Below, piece after piece: positions 29,035-38,978 of a stretch of DNA of 64,000 nt. The position numbers and the translations under genes were made by a program. The stretch lies in contig NZ_CABQJR010000011.1 of assembly GCF_902464545.1 (NCBI RefSeq), positions 3,001 to 67,000 on the forward strand, given 5' to 3'. How positions within the stretch are numbered: position 1 is the first letter of the stretch; each line of letters opens with the position of its first letter. The stretch is from an uncultured Senegalimassilia sp. (GTDB taxonomy: Bacteria; Actinomycetota; Coriobacteriia; Coriobacteriales; Eggerthellaceae). The notes beneath the pieces are model-generated. The model was not told the DNA's origin. It saw only the letters and a program-made list of their open reading frames with translations, and did not search any database.

Positions 29035-29715
29035 ATGGATTTCGTTCGGTACGCCGATTCGGTTCGCGCCAAGCTGCATATGGGCGGGGTGCGCCTTCCC
29101 GTTGTGATAGGCATTACAGCTGTTGCGATTTGCGTTTTGGTCGCAGGCGGTGTGGGCCTGGCTTCGGTGGTCGCGCCGGATTCCGGCTTCACCGTTGAGA
29201 AGGCCGATGCTTCGCATGGTGAATCGGGGCAGGTGGATCCTTCGCAAAGCGAGAGCACTTCTCTGTTCGTGCATGTTGGAGGGTCGGTGGTCGATCCTGG
29301 GTTATATGAGCTTGCCGGCGATGCGCGAGTGCAGCAGGCCGTCGATGCGGCAGGCGGTTTTGCCGAGGACGCTGCCGTCGATGCGCTCAACCTTGCCCGT
29401 CAGGTGCAGGATGGGGAGCAGATCATCGTTCCCAGCATGCAGCAAGCTAGCGGCTCTGAGGCGCCTGCCGCAGCGGATTCCGGTGCGTCTGCGGCGTCAT
29501 CGGGTGGGGCTCTCGTAAACGGGAAGGTCGACATCAACGCGGCAACGGTCGATCAGCTGCAGCAGCTCAACGGGGTGGGTCCCGCATTGGCGCAGCGCAT
29601 CGTTGCGGATAGGCAGGCCAATGGCCCGTTTAAAACCGTCGAGGACCTTAAACGGGTGTCCGGAATCGGAGACAAGAAGTACGCATCGTTGGCGGATTCG
29701 ATTTGCGTCGGGTAG
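29035..29715 (+). CDS. comEA: ComEA-family DNA-binding competence protein (TM anchor plus helix-hairpin-helix)
   Basis: Frame of ORF 28942-29715, ATG 29035 behind GGAAAGGGG. TM helix VVIGITAVAICVLVAGGVG. C-terminal HhH region VDINAATVDQLQQLNGVGPALAQRIV...VSGIGDKKY. Confidence 0.8.
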   Translation: MDFVRYADSVRAKLHMGGVRLPVVIGITAVAICVLVAGGVGLASVVAPDSGFTVEKADASHGESGQVDPSQSESTSLFVHVGGSVVDPGLYELAGDARVQQAVDAAGGFAEDAAVDALNLARQVQDGEQIIVPSMQQASGSEAPAAADSGASAASSGGALVNGKVDINAATVDQLQQLNGVGPALAQRIVADRQANGPFKTVEDLKRVSGIGDKKYASLADSICVG

Positions 29716-32105
29716 GCGCTGCCCAAAGCGAGTTGCTTCGGGATACGGTTGTTCCTGGGAACCGGACCGTTGAGGACGAGGCCTCGTTTCCCTTGCGCCC
29801 GGCGATTCCTCCTGTGCTGGCATTTGCGCTAGGCGTTTGGGCGGGGTCCGTTGTCGCGTTGCTGTCTGCGCGTTCGCTTTCGGTCGTCGTGTGTGCTGCG
29901 TTATGTGCGAGCGGGCTTGTCGCGTGCGTATGCTGTCTCTGCCTGCTTTGGCGCCGTCGAAGGCACCTTCTTGCGTTGGTGCTTGTAGTGGGCTTGTTGT
30001 GCGGCGGTGCTTTAGGCTTCGCGCAAGGGGCGCGACTTCATCAAGCTCAACAGGTGGCTCTCGGGTCGCAGGGCCTGTTGCGCATCACCGCGTTATCGGA
30101 TGGTGTGCAAGGCGAATTCGGCGTTTCCTGTACAGCTCGAGTGCAGGCGGAGGGGTCTGACCGATCGTTCACGGCGAAAATCTCCTTTCCCTGCGACTAC
30201 GCTCTGCCTATGTATGGCCAGCGGTTTACCGGCTACGGCACGATATCGGAATTTTCCGAAGATCGCGCACCGCGGGGTTGGCAACGCGGCATCGTCGCAA
30301 ACGTCAAATTGAGAACCTGCGAGCGTGTTGAGCTTCGGGGTCCAGGTGCTGCGCTCCTATCGTTTCGGGAGCGCGCCGTGCGGGCGCTTACGGAGCCGTT
30401 ACGTGGCGATATGGGCCTTGCAGCCGCTATCTCCTGCGGATGGAGGGCTGGTTTGCCAGAGTCGGTATACCGGCAATTCCAGGTCAGCGGGCTTGCGCAT
30501 GTGGTTGCGGTCTCCGGTGCGCATCTCTCCATCGTAGCAGCGCTCATGGCCTCGATACTTGGCGCGTTGCGCGTTCCCAAGCCGATTTCGGTAGCTGCTC
30601 AAATCATGTTGCTCGCGGCATACCTGGCGCTTACCGCTATGCCGGCTTCCGCCATTCGAGCTACGCTTATGACATTAGCTGGAATGACGTCGTGGACGGC
30701 TCGACGCCGGGCCTCGTCGTTATCCGCGCTTGGATGCTGCATCGTCGTTATGATCGCCCTTGATGCCCAGGCGGCGTTGTCGTCCTCGTTCGCGCTGTCG
30801 GTTTTGGCCACGCTCGGGATCGTCGTGTTCGGCGGTTTGGCTAACTCGTGGTTGAAGGCTTGTTTGGGATGGTTGCCGGCTTTTGTACGTGAGGCGTTGG
30901 CGTTGACGTTCGCCTCATCGGTGCTCGCGACGCCGTTTTCTGCGGCCTTGTTCAGCCAGCTTCCTTTAGCGGCTCCGGTTGCCAACATCGCCATCGCGCC
31001 GCTGTTCGGCCCGGTCTGCGCAGCCGGCATCATAGGGGCGTTCGTATGTGCGATGCTTCCGTTGCCTGGCGTCGTCGCTTCCATTACGTGCGCAAGCGCG
31101 TCGTTGCTATTAAAGGTGGTCCAGGCATGCGCATCGATTCCCTACGCGAGCATCCCGATCGTTGCCCCGGCTTTCGTTGCGTTACTAGCAGGTTTCGTGT
31201 TGGCCTGCGCGCTATGGCTTTGGTGGCCAAAGCCGGATTCTCGTTCGGCGTATCGGTTGCTGTCGGTAACCGGTATCGCCTGCGCGATCATGTTCGCCCT
31301 GTTGAAAGCATCGAGTTCGTATGGAGGATGCGAGATCGTCGCGCTTGATGTCGGACAAGGCGATGCCATTCTTATCCGTAGCGGCAAGCATTCGGTGCTG
31401 GTGGACACGGGCAATCAAGACGCCTTGCTCCGTCAAGCGTTGGCGCGGCATCATATCACCCGTCTTGATGCCCTTGTCGTCACGCACCCCGACGATGATC
31501 ACATGGGATCGTTGGCGTCGCTTGATGGCGTGGTGCAGGTTGATCGCGTTCTCCTTGCCCGTGATGGCCTTGCGTGCTCTTGTGTCTCGTGCGCCAAGCT
31601 TCGGCAGCATGCGAATATGCTGGTGGGGAAGGAACGGATCGAGGGTTTATCGCAAGGGGATAAGCTTCGGTTCGGTGCTTTTAAATTCACCTGCGTGTGG
31701 CCGGTTGCGTTTCAGGACGAAGGCGGCAATGGAGATAGTCTCTGCTTTACCGTGGATACCGATATCGATGGAGACGGCAACCGGGAGTGGCGAAGCTTGT
31801 TGGTGGGGGATGCCGAGCATGAGGAGGTTTCGCAGATGCTATCCGCCGGGTTGATCGACGGGGTCGACGTGTACAAGGTCGGCCATCACGGGTCGAAAAA
31901 CGCGCTGACGCAAGAACAAGCAGCTGCATTGTCTCCAGAGATTTCCCTCTGTTCGGTGGGGGCAAGGAACCGCTATGGGCATCCTGCCGCATCGACGATG
32001 GAGTCCCTTGAACGTGCGGGAAGCGCGGTGATGCGCACCGATGAGCACGGGGATGTGGCATGCAGATTCGCTAAGGACCATATCAGCGTGGAAACGCTGC
32101 GGTAA
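29703..32105 (+). CDS. comEC: DNA internalization competence protein ComEC/Rec2 with metallo-beta-lactamase domain
   Basis: 800-aa polytopic membrane protein with C-terminal THPDDDHMGS and VGHHGS motifs. Start uncertain (TTG 29703 overlaps the comEA stop). Confidence 0.85.
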   Translation: MRRVGAAQSELLRDTVVPGNRTVEDEASFPLRPAIPPVLAFALGVWAGSVVALLSARSLSVVVCAALCASGLVACVCCLCLLWRRRRHLLALVLVVGLLCGGALGFAQGARLHQAQQVALGSQGLLRITALSDGVQGEFGVSCTARVQAEGSDRSFTAKISFPCDYALPMYGQRFTGYGTISEFSEDRAPRGWQRGIVANVKLRTCERVELRGPGAALLSFRERAVRALTEPLRGDMGLAAAISCGWRAGLPESVYRQFQVSGLAHVVAVSGAHLSIVAALMASILGALRVPKPISVAAQIMLLAAYLALTAMPASAIRATLMTLAGMTSWTARRRASSLSALGCCIVVMIALDAQAALSSSFALSVLATLGIVVFGGLANSWLKACLGWLPAFVREALALTFASSVLATPFSAALFSQLPLAAPVANIAIAPLFGPVCAAGIIGAFVCAMLPLPGVVASITCASASLLLKVVQACASIPYASIPIVAPAFVALLAGFVLACALWLWWPKPDSRSAYRLLSVTGIACAIMFALLKASSSYGGCEIVALDVGQGDAILIRSGKHSVLVDTGNQDALLRQALARHHITRLDALVVTHPDDDHMGSLASLDGVVQVDRVLLARDGLACSCVSCAKLRQHANMLVGKERIEGLSQGDKLRFGAFKFTCVWPVAFQDEGGNGDSLCFTVDTDIDGDGNREWRSLLVGDAEHEEVSQMLSAGLIDGVDVYKVGHHGSKNALTQEQAAALSPEISLCSVGARNRYGHPAASTMESLERAGSAVMRTDEHGDVACRFAKDHISVETLR

Positions 32106-32114
32106 AATGGGGCT

Positions 32115-33092
32115 ATGACTGATTCGAAGAACAACCAATCCCTGCTTCCCGTGTACCTCATCACCGGTGAGGATGCCTTGAAGCGCGATGCCGTTATGAA
32201 GCGGCTTCGCACGCGTCTGTCAAGCATGGGCGATTTATCGTTCAACTCCGATGTGTTCGAAGGGGCTGAATTCACTGGCGACGATGTGGTCAACGCATGC
32301 AATACCATTCCGTTTGCATCCCCTGTCCGCTTGGTGGAGGTTCGCGAGGCCGATAAGCTGAAGAAGGCCGATTCGGAACCTATCGTCAGCTATTTGGATG
32401 CGCCTTGCGAGACCACCGTGCTCGCCCTCGTTGCCGAGAAGCTTGCGAAGAACACCCGCCTGTATAAAGCGGTTGCAAAGCACGGCAAAACCGCGGTGAT
32501 CGACTGCGCCCCGCCGAAGGCCCGCGACCTGCCTAAACTGGTGCGCTCCATGGCGGTTGGCCACGGGGTCACGTTTTCGGAAGGTGCCGCCATCGCTCTT
32601 GTGAACCTGGTGGGTGAGGATACCGTTCATCTTGATGCCGAAATCAAGAAGGTTGCCCTTGCTCATTCCGGCACCGCGGCGGTCGGGGAGCAAGAGGTGC
32701 GATCGCTTGTCAGCCGTACTGCCGAGGTCAAGCCTTGGGAGTTCACAAACGCGTTCGCGGCACGCGACACGGCGAAGTGCCTGCTCGACCTGCAGCGCAT
32801 GAAATCGGTATCGCCCCATGCGCTGCTCCCCATGTGCGTCACGCGCATCCGCGAGCTTATGTGCGCGCAAAGCCTTGCCGCCCGCGGGCAGGGGCGAGGG
32901 ATAGCCGCCGCGCTCAAGCAGCCCGACTGGCGTGTGAAAAACCATGCGGCATGGGCGCGGAAGTACACTCCGCAGGAGTTGCGGCAAGCGCTTATCACCG
33001 CTCGCGATACCGAGCAAGCTATGAAAAGCGGCGCCGACCCTGATGCGGCATTCCGCGAGTGGGTGGTGAACGTCACCGCGAAGCGGGGGTAG
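32115..33092 (+). CDS. holA: DNA polymerase III delta subunit
   Basis: 325 aa in the conserved comEC-holA / rpsT arrangement. The N-terminus LPVYLITGED is typical of HolA. Confidence 0.85.
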   Translation: MTDSKNNQSLLPVYLITGEDALKRDAVMKRLRTRLSSMGDLSFNSDVFEGAEFTGDDVVNACNTIPFASPVRLVEVREADKLKKADSEPIVSYLDAPCETTVLALVAEKLAKNTRLYKAVAKHGKTAVIDCAPPKARDLPKLVRSMAVGHGVTFSEGAAIALVNLVGEDTVHLDAEIKKVALAHSGTAAVGEQEVRSLVSRTAEVKPWEFTNAFAARDTAKCLLDLQRMKSVSPHALLPMCVTRIRELMCAQSLAARGQGRGIAAALKQPDWRVKNHAAWARKYTPQELRQALITARDTEQAMKSGADPDAAFREWVVNVTAKRG

Positions 33093-33251
33093 CGGTGCGA
33101 TTCGAGCCCGTTTTGCGACATCGGTTCGTGTTCAAGTGCTTGGTTGGTCGGGTGGGATGTGCGCGTCCGATTCGGCCCCAGCTCGCCCGATCATCGCGTT
33201 GGATGCGCGTTTGTGTAAAAGGCATCAACGTAGGTCGGCGCCTGTTTCATA

Positions 33252-33290
33252 TAAAAAAGAACGGCTCCGGGAATCCGGAGCCGTTCTTGG
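33252..33290. terminator. bidirectional terminator between holA and rpsT
   Basis: AAGAACGGCTCCGG-gaat-CCGGAGCCGTTCTT (14-bp stem), flanked by an A run on one side and a T-rich tract on the other. Confidence 0.7.
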
Positions 33291-33309
33291 TTCACTAGCA
33301 GATGAGATG

Positions 33310-33828
33310 CTATTCAGCAGCCTCTTCGCCCTCGGCGGCCTCAGCCTCAGCGGCAGCCTCGGCAGCGGCGGCCGCTGAGGCCTCCTTTGCCTTGCGCTCG
33401 GCGGCAGCGGCCTCGAGCTTCTGCTGCTCGGCAACACGCTTGGCCTTCTCCTCGGCGGCAGCCTTGTAAGCGGCAGCCTTCTCAGCCTTGCGAGCGGCCT
33501 TCTTGGAGCCGGTGGCCTCCTGCTTCTTGGCCTCGGGCTTCACGTAAGCAGCGCGCACCTCATCGGTGACGATGGTGTTGACGAGCGCCATCACGCCGGA
33601 CTTGCGGTTTGCGGCCTGGTTCTTGTGGATAACGCCCTTGGAGACGGCCTTGTCGAGCAGACGGCAAGCGTACAGGCCCTTGGCGTAAGCAGCGGTTGCG
33701 TCGCCGGCGGCAACGGCCTCGCGTGCAGCGCGGATGGCGGTCTTCAGCTCGGACTTGATGGCGCGGTTGCGCTGGCGGGACTTCTCGTTGGTGATGTTGC
33801 GCTTCTTCTGGCTCTTGATGTTTGCCAT
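33310..33828 (-). CDS. rpsT: 30S ribosomal protein S20 with a long Ala/Glu/Lys-rich C-terminal extension
   Basis: Frame of ORF 33310-33966, ATG 33828 behind AAGGAG ([21 protein letters not shown]...). The S20 core covers about the first 85 aa; about 85 further aa are low complexity (...[20 protein letters not shown]). Confidence 0.9.
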   Translation of the reverse strand: MANIKSQKKRNITNEKSRQRNRAIKSELKTAIRAAREAVAAGDATAAYAKGLYACRLLDKAVSKGVIHKNQAANRKSGVMALVNTIVTDEVRAAYVKPEAKKQEATGSKKAARKAEKAAAYKAAAEEKAKRVAEQQKLEAAAAERKAKEASAAAAAEAAAEAEAAEGEEAAE

Positions 33829-34143
33829 TGTGAAACTCCTTCGCTCTAACGTGGTTTGCCGGTTTCGGCTTGCTTTGCGCCTTCGGCGCGGCTGCGAAGG
33901 AGTGGGTGAGATGCACAGGTGACGGATTGGCATATGGCTTCGAGCGCAAAGCGCGAAAGCATTCATATGCGGGAATGGACAGGATTTCCCATTCAGCTAG
34001 CCAATCGGCCACCCGGCACCACGGTGATCCTTCATGCAGCCTTGTCTGCGGATGCCCTGCGAATATTGCAGGAGCGCGCATATGCCGGATACGCAATGAG
34101 CTAGAATAGCCGATATCGCACGGTTTTGCACCTGTTTATTTGC

Positions 34144-34167
34144 AGTTGTGCAGAACAATGCACAACT
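34144..34167. promoter_or_regulatory. candidate transcription-factor site (9-6-9 perfect palindrome)
   Basis: AGTTGTGCA-gaacaa-TGCACAACT, ending 35 bp upstream of the lipoprotein ATG. The TGTGCA-N6-TGCACA core resembles CRP/FNR-class sites. Confidence 0.3.
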
Positions 34168-34201
34168 TTATCCGGGATTTCCTCTTGAAGGGGGGTTCAA
34201 C

Positions 34202-34630
34202 ATGGGTGTTCGAAGGGTCGCCGTTTCGGCAGGTATGGCCTTTGCGCTCGCAGCGGCGTTTGGGCTTGCAGGCTGCGGCTCGGGTCAGCATGAGGTCATC
34301 GACCAGGGGCAGGACTGCTCCAGCTGCCATTCGGGCGGCAAGCAGGTCTTCGATGACGCCGCTCCCGCGTCTGCCGTTCAGTCAAACGGAACCGTTTCGG
34401 TGAAAACCTCCGCCGAGCAGGTTTTGGTCTGCAAGCCCATCTTCGTCTCAGAAGACGGCTCCAAGTTCGTTCCCGAGCAGGTTTCTTCGGTGAAAGCGGA
34501 AGACGGCTCGGCTCAGGTGCAGCTCTCCGAAGGCACCTGGGCGCTTTGCGCGCAGGTGCAGGGCTCCGTGAAGGCCCAGCTGGTCACGGTGTCATCGGAG
34601 AGCACCGGGACCGCTGACGTGGAATTGTAG
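34202..34630 (+). CDS. lipoprotein with a single CXXCH motif (possible monohaem c-type cytochrome)
   Basis: Frame of ORF 34148-34630, ATG 34202. Signal peptide with lipobox FGLAGC, and CSSCH at mature residues about 14-18. Confidence 0.6.
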   Translation: MGVRRVAVSAGMAFALAAAFGLAGCGSGQHEVIDQGQDCSSCHSGGKQVFDDAAPASAVQSNGTVSVKTSAEQVLVCKPIFVSEDGSKFVPEQVSSVKAEDGSAQVQLSEGTWALCAQVQGSVKAQLVTVSSESTGTADVEL

Positions 34631-34791
34631 TGCTATGGCGGTAAGGACGGCCACCAGCTGGTAAAATCCGTTCTTATGCAATCATCGCGGTGCACGTCGA
34701 AACCGCATCGTGCGCAGCGCAGGGAAACCTGTTGCCCGGCCTTGCCGTGCAACCGTCGCATCCATACGGCATCAGAAAGCAAGAGGGGGAC

Positions 34792-36594
34792 ATGACCGAC
34801 CCATCCCATATCCGAAATTTCAGCATCATCGCCCATATCGACCATGGCAAGTCCACGCTCTCCGACCGCGTCTTGGAGATGACCGGCACCGTGGCGCATC
34901 GCGATATGCAGGCCCAGCTGCTTGACAGCATGGACATCGAGCGCGAACGCGGCATCACCATCAAAAGCCAGGCCGTTCGCGTCAACTATACCGCCGATGA
35001 TGGCGAGACGTACCAGTTCAACCTCATCGACACCCCTGGTCATGTCGATTTCACTTACGAGGTCAGCCGCAGTCTGGCTGCATGCGAAGGCGCCGTGCTC
35101 GTGGTCGATGCCACCCAGGGCGTCGAGGCGCAAACGGTGGCTAACGCCATGATGGCCATGAACGCCAACCTTGAGATCATCCCGCTCATCAATAAGATCG
35201 ACCTTCCCAGTGCCGAGCCCGAGCGCGTCAAGGCCGAGATCGAGGATGGCCTTGCGATCCCGGCTGACGACGCCGTGCTGGCAAGCGGCAAAACCGGCGT
35301 GGGCGTCCACGACCTGCTCGAGGCCGTGGTGTACAACATCCCCGCGCCGCAGGGCGACGCCGATGCGCCCCTGCGCGCGCTCATCTTCGACAGCTACTTC
35401 GATCCGTACCGCGGCGTTGTGGCTCTGGTGCGCGTGGTGGACGGCGCCATGCGCAAGGGCCAGAAACTCAAGCTCATGGCCAGCGGCAAGATTATCCTGG
35501 CCGAAGAGGTGGGAGCGCGTCATCCTGCCGAGGAGCCGCTGCCGCAGCTCGGCGTGGGCGAGGTCGGTTACCTGGTCACCGGCCTGAAGGACCTTTCCCA
35601 GGTTAAGGTGGGCGATACGCTCACGTTGGCCGAGGGCGGCGTCGACGAGCCCCTGCCGGGTTATCGTGAGGCCAAGCCCATGGTCTACACGGGCCTGTTC
35701 CCCATCGATTCCGATCAGTACGAGCCGCTCAAAGAGGCGCTCGAGAAGCTGTCGCTCAACGACCCTGCGCTCATCTGGGAACCCGAGAAGTCCCATGCGC
35801 TTGGCTTCGGCTTCCGTGTGGGCTTTTTGGGCCTGCTGCATATGGAAGTGGTCAAGGAGCGCCTGGAACGCGAGTTCAACCTGGACCTGCTCGCCACCGC
35901 GCCTTCGGTGGAGTATCACGTGTTTCGTCAAGGCGGCGAGATGATCAGCCTGCATTCCCCGCAGGAGATGCCCGACCCCGGCGAGATCGAGCGCATCGAG
36001 GAGCCTTACTTGAAGGCGAAGATCCTCATCCCGCCCGATTACGTCGGCGCGGTCATGGACCTGACCGTGGCGCGTCGCGGCACGTTCGTCACCATGAACT
36101 ACCTGTCGCAGCACACGGTGGAAATGCTGTGGGAGATTCCGCTCTCGGAGCTGATCATGGACTACTTCGACAAGCTCAAGTCCAACACAAAAGGCTACGC
36201 CAGCCTTGACTACGACTTCGACGGATACAAGCCATCGAACCTGGTCAAGCTTGATATCCTGCTTTCCGGTAAGCCTATCGACGCGCTCAGCTTCATCGTG
36301 CATCGCGATAAAGCTTACGATCGCGGCCGCGTGCTTACCGAAAAGCTCAAGGAGATCATACCTCGCCAGATGTTCGAGGTTCCTATCCAGGCCGCCATCG
36401 GTGGACGCGTGCTTGCGCGCGAGACGGTGAAGGCCAAGCGCAAGGACGTGCTAGCGAAGTGCTACGGCGGCGACATCAGCCGCAAGCGCAAGCTGCTCGA
36501 GAAGCAGAAGCAGGGCAAGAAGCGCATGAAGGCCATCGGCAACGTCGAGGTGCCGCAGGAAGCGTTCATGGCTATTTTGAAGGTCGACGATTAG
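34792..36594 (+). CDS. lepA: translation elongation factor 4 (LepA)
   Basis: Frame of ORF 34690-36594, ATG 34792 ([23 protein letters not shown]...). Confidence 0.96.
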   Translation: MTDPSHIRNFSIIAHIDHGKSTLSDRVLEMTGTVAHRDMQAQLLDSMDIERERGITIKSQAVRVNYTADDGETYQFNLIDTPGHVDFTYEVSRSLAACEGAVLVVDATQGVEAQTVANAMMAMNANLEIIPLINKIDLPSAEPERVKAEIEDGLAIPADDAVLASGKTGVGVHDLLEAVVYNIPAPQGDADAPLRALIFDSYFDPYRGVVALVRVVDGAMRKGQKLKLMASGKIILAEEVGARHPAEEPLPQLGVGEVGYLVTGLKDLSQVKVGDTLTLAEGGVDEPLPGYREAKPMVYTGLFPIDSDQYEPLKEALEKLSLNDPALIWEPEKSHALGFGFRVGFLGLLHMEVVKERLEREFNLDLLATAPSVEYHVFRQGGEMISLHSPQEMPDPGEIERIEEPYLKAKILIPPDYVGAVMDLTVARRGTFVTMNYLSQHTVEMLWEIPLSELIMDYFDKLKSNTKGYASLDYDFDGYKPSNLVKLDILLSGKPIDALSFIVHRDKAYDRGRVLTEKLKEIIPRQMFEVPIQAAIGGRVLARETVKAKRKDVLAKCYGGDISRKRKLLEKQKQGKKRMKAIGNVEVPQEAFMAILKVDD

Positions 36595-36609
36595 GGGCTG
36601 TTGCGAAAT

Positions 36610-36804
36610 ATGGGCGCAAAGCGCGACGATTACAACTGGTTGGACGATGCGTTCGACGATAAGAAGGCTCGCGAAGAGCTCGAGCGGGCTCAGCGCGGCG
36701 GTACGAAGGCCGCAGGTCTTGGCTGCATCGTGGTGGTCATAGCCCTTATCGTATTGCTCGGGTTCACGCTGGTCTCCGGTGTGAACATCCTGTCTGCGAT
36801 GTAG
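36610..36804 (+). CDS. small single-pass membrane protein, hypothetical
   Basis: 64 aa: charged N-terminus then [25 protein letters not shown]. Tightly packed between lepA and dus. No family recognised. Confidence 0.4.
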   Translation: MGAKRDDYNWLDDAFDDKKAREELERAQRGGTKAAGLGCIVVVIALIVLLGFTLVSGVNILSAM

Positions 36805-36813
36805 GGCGGGCGC

Positions 36814-37785
36814 ATGTACGATTTCTTTAATCGCCATCGCCTGCTGCTTGCGCCCATGGCGGGCGTTTCGGACATGGCGTTTCGCACGCTGTGCCGCGAG
36901 CAAGGCGCCGATTTGACGTATACCGAAATGGTTTCCGCCAAGGGCCTTTCCTATGCCAACGAGAAAACGCGTCATCTACTCGACCTGGCGCAAGGCGAGG
37001 ATATGGTCGCTGTGCAGCTTTTCGGCCACGAGCCCGACACCATGGCGTCCCAAGCAGCTTGGATCGAGCAGGTCATGGGCGAAAATCTCGCCTATATCGA
37101 TATCAACATGGGATGCCCTGCGCGCAAGATCGTCACGAAAGGCGACGGCAGCGCGCTTATGCGCGATCCGGACCTGGCCGCCTCCATCGTGTCTGCGGTA
37201 AGCCGGGCGGTGGAACATCCCGTTACCGTTAAGTTCCGCCGTGGATGGGCCATGGGGTGCGAAACCGCCCCTGAATTCGCGGTTCGTATGCAGGATGCCG
37301 GGGCCGCTGCGGTCGCGGTGCACGGCCGTTACGCCGAGCAGCTGTATCGCGGGTGCGCCGATTGGGGCGTCGTTGCGCGCGTTAAGCAGGCGGTGGATGT
37401 GCCCGTGGTCGGCAACGGCGACGTCAAATGCGGCGCAGATGCCGTGGCCATTACCCGGGAGACCGGATGCGATGCCGTTATGATCGCACGTGCCGCTGAA
37501 GGCAACCCGTGGATATTCTCCCAGGCCGCTGCAGCGCTTGCAGGCTCGCCGGAGCCTTGCGCGCCCACCGTGCAACAGCGAATCGCCATGGCTCGACGCC
37601 ATGCACGGCTGCTCGCGCAGCGCGAAGGGCGCAACATCGTGCGCATGCGCAAGCACGCCATGTGGTATATGACGGGCCTTCCCGGTGCCGCTGCGGCGCG
37701 CGGGAAGATCAACGCCTGCGTGGGTGTGGACGATTTCGACGCCGTGTTTGACGAGCTGCTCGAGATAGCGGGAAGCCATGCATGA
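36814..37785 (+). CDS. dus: tRNA-dihydrouridine synthase
   Basis: 323 aa. Motifs LAPMAGVSD and DINMGCP. Confidence 0.9.
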   Translation: MYDFFNRHRLLLAPMAGVSDMAFRTLCREQGADLTYTEMVSAKGLSYANEKTRHLLDLAQGEDMVAVQLFGHEPDTMASQAAWIEQVMGENLAYIDINMGCPARKIVTKGDGSALMRDPDLAASIVSAVSRAVEHPVTVKFRRGWAMGCETAPEFAVRMQDAGAAAVAVHGRYAEQLYRGCADWGVVARVKQAVDVPVVGNGDVKCGADAVAITRETGCDAVMIARAAEGNPWIFSQAAAALAGSPEPCAPTVQQRIAMARRHARLLAQREGRNIVRMRKHAMWYMTGLPGAAAARGKINACVGVDDFDAVFDELLEIAGSHA

Positions 37786-38884
37786 TCCTTATCGCGCGCT
37801 GTACCTGCATCTGCCGTTCTGCGTGAAGCGTTGCAGCTATTGCGACTTCGCCACTGCCGCCGTGCCCGCCGAAAGCCCGCAAATCGACGAATACGTGGAA
37901 GACCTGTGCCTGCAGATTCGCCGCAAGTCTAAGGAAGGCGAGCTTGGAAGCATTTCGACGGTGTATCTTGGCGGCGGCACTCCTTCCCATGTGGGCATGC
38001 CGCGGCTGTCCATGTTGCTTTACACCCTGGGGCTTTCCATACGTCTGGAACCCGATGTGGAATGCACTATGGAGGCGAACCCCGAAAGCCTGACCTCTTC
38101 CATGGTCCGTGACATATGGGCGCTTGGCGTGAACAGGCTCTCCATCGGCGTGCAAAGCTTCGATGACCATGTGCTCGGCATCTTGGGGCGCGCCCATGAT
38201 GCGCAAGGGGCGAAGCGGGCCATCGCATGTGCGCGGGAACGGTTCGAAAACGTCAGCGTCGACCTTATGTGCGGCATTCCCGGGCAAAGCATCGAGTCGT
38301 TCGAGGACAGCGTTAAAACCGCCATCGATTGCGGGGTTCCCCACGTCAGCGTGTATCCGCTTACCATCGAGCCGCATACACCCTTCGACGCTATGGTTTT
38401 GTCCGGCCAGCTTGCAGAGCCCGATGACGATGTCGAAGCCGAGCATATGCAGGCGGCGGAGCACATCCTCTCCCAGGCTGGATATGAGCGCTACGAAGTG
38501 GCAAGCTATGCGAAACCCGGGTTCGAGTGCCGTCACAACATCGCGTACTGGACCGGCGTTTCCTACCTTGGCCTGGGGCGTAGCGCGGCTAGCATGACGC
38601 AGAACGCCGAGCGGCGCATGCGCGTCCAAGATGGTCAGGTCACCGATGACCTCGACGCTGGGGAAATGGTTGCCGAGGATATGATGCTGGGCATGCGCAT
38701 GTCGCGCGGTATTTCCGATGACCTGGTGCAGCGGGCCGCGCAGCTGCTGCCGAAAACCCGGGAGACGCTCGACGCGCTCGCCGAGCAAGGGCTGTGCGAG
38801 CACGTCGACGGACGCTGGCGCCCCACTGAACGTGGTTGGCTGTGCGGCAATCAGCTGTACGGCGCCTTGTTCGATTTAGCATAA
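37778..38884 (+). CDS. hemW: radical SAM haem chaperone HemW (HemN-like, oxygen-independent coproporphyrinogen oxidase family)
   Basis: CVKRCSYCDF radical-SAM motif. Overlaps dus by 8 nt. Lies in the lepA-hemW-hrcA-dnaJ neighbourhood. Confidence 0.88.
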   Translation: MHDPYRALYLHLPFCVKRCSYCDFATAAVPAESPQIDEYVEDLCLQIRRKSKEGELGSISTVYLGGGTPSHVGMPRLSMLLYTLGLSIRLEPDVECTMEANPESLTSSMVRDIWALGVNRLSIGVQSFDDHVLGILGRAHDAQGAKRAIACARERFENVSVDLMCGIPGQSIESFEDSVKTAIDCGVPHVSVYPLTIEPHTPFDAMVLSGQLAEPDDDVEAEHMQAAEHILSQAGYERYEVASYAKPGFECRHNIAYWTGVSYLGLGRSAASMTQNAERRMRVQDGQVTDDLDAGEMVAEDMMLGMRMSRGISDDLVQRAAQLLPKTRETLDALAEQGLCEHVDGRWRPTERGWLCGNQLYGALFDLA

Positions 38885-38917
38885 GGAGTGTCCGTTTCTT
38901 ACGATTCGGTGCAATAT

Positions 38918-38944
38918 TTAGCACTCCCACCATCTCGCTGCTAA
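38918..38944. promoter_or_regulatory. CIRCE-like HrcA operator (degenerate right arm)
   Basis: TTAGCACTC-N9-CGCTGCTAA versus consensus TTAGCACTC-N9-GAGTGCTAA: left arm 9/9, right arm 6/9. Lies 35-55 bp upstream of hrcA. Confidence 0.45.
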
Positions 38945-38978
38945 TATTAGCTGTTACGAATTGGTTATACCGTAGTGG

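Noticed and set aside
28527-29198. 223-aa plus-strand ORF covering the thiI-comEA spacer
   Set aside because: It has no motif and atypical composition. It runs through the thiI terminator hairpin and into comEA in a different frame, so I treated the region as non-coding.
34633-36303. 556-aa minus-strand ORF opposite lepA. Other long antisense ORFs of the same kind include 1735-3363(+), 19838-21199(-), 49947-51344(-), 55359-56405(-) and 57319-58479(-)
   Set aside because: All lie fully inside strongly supported genes on the other strand. They have low-complexity R/A/G/H-rich translations and lack start-site context.
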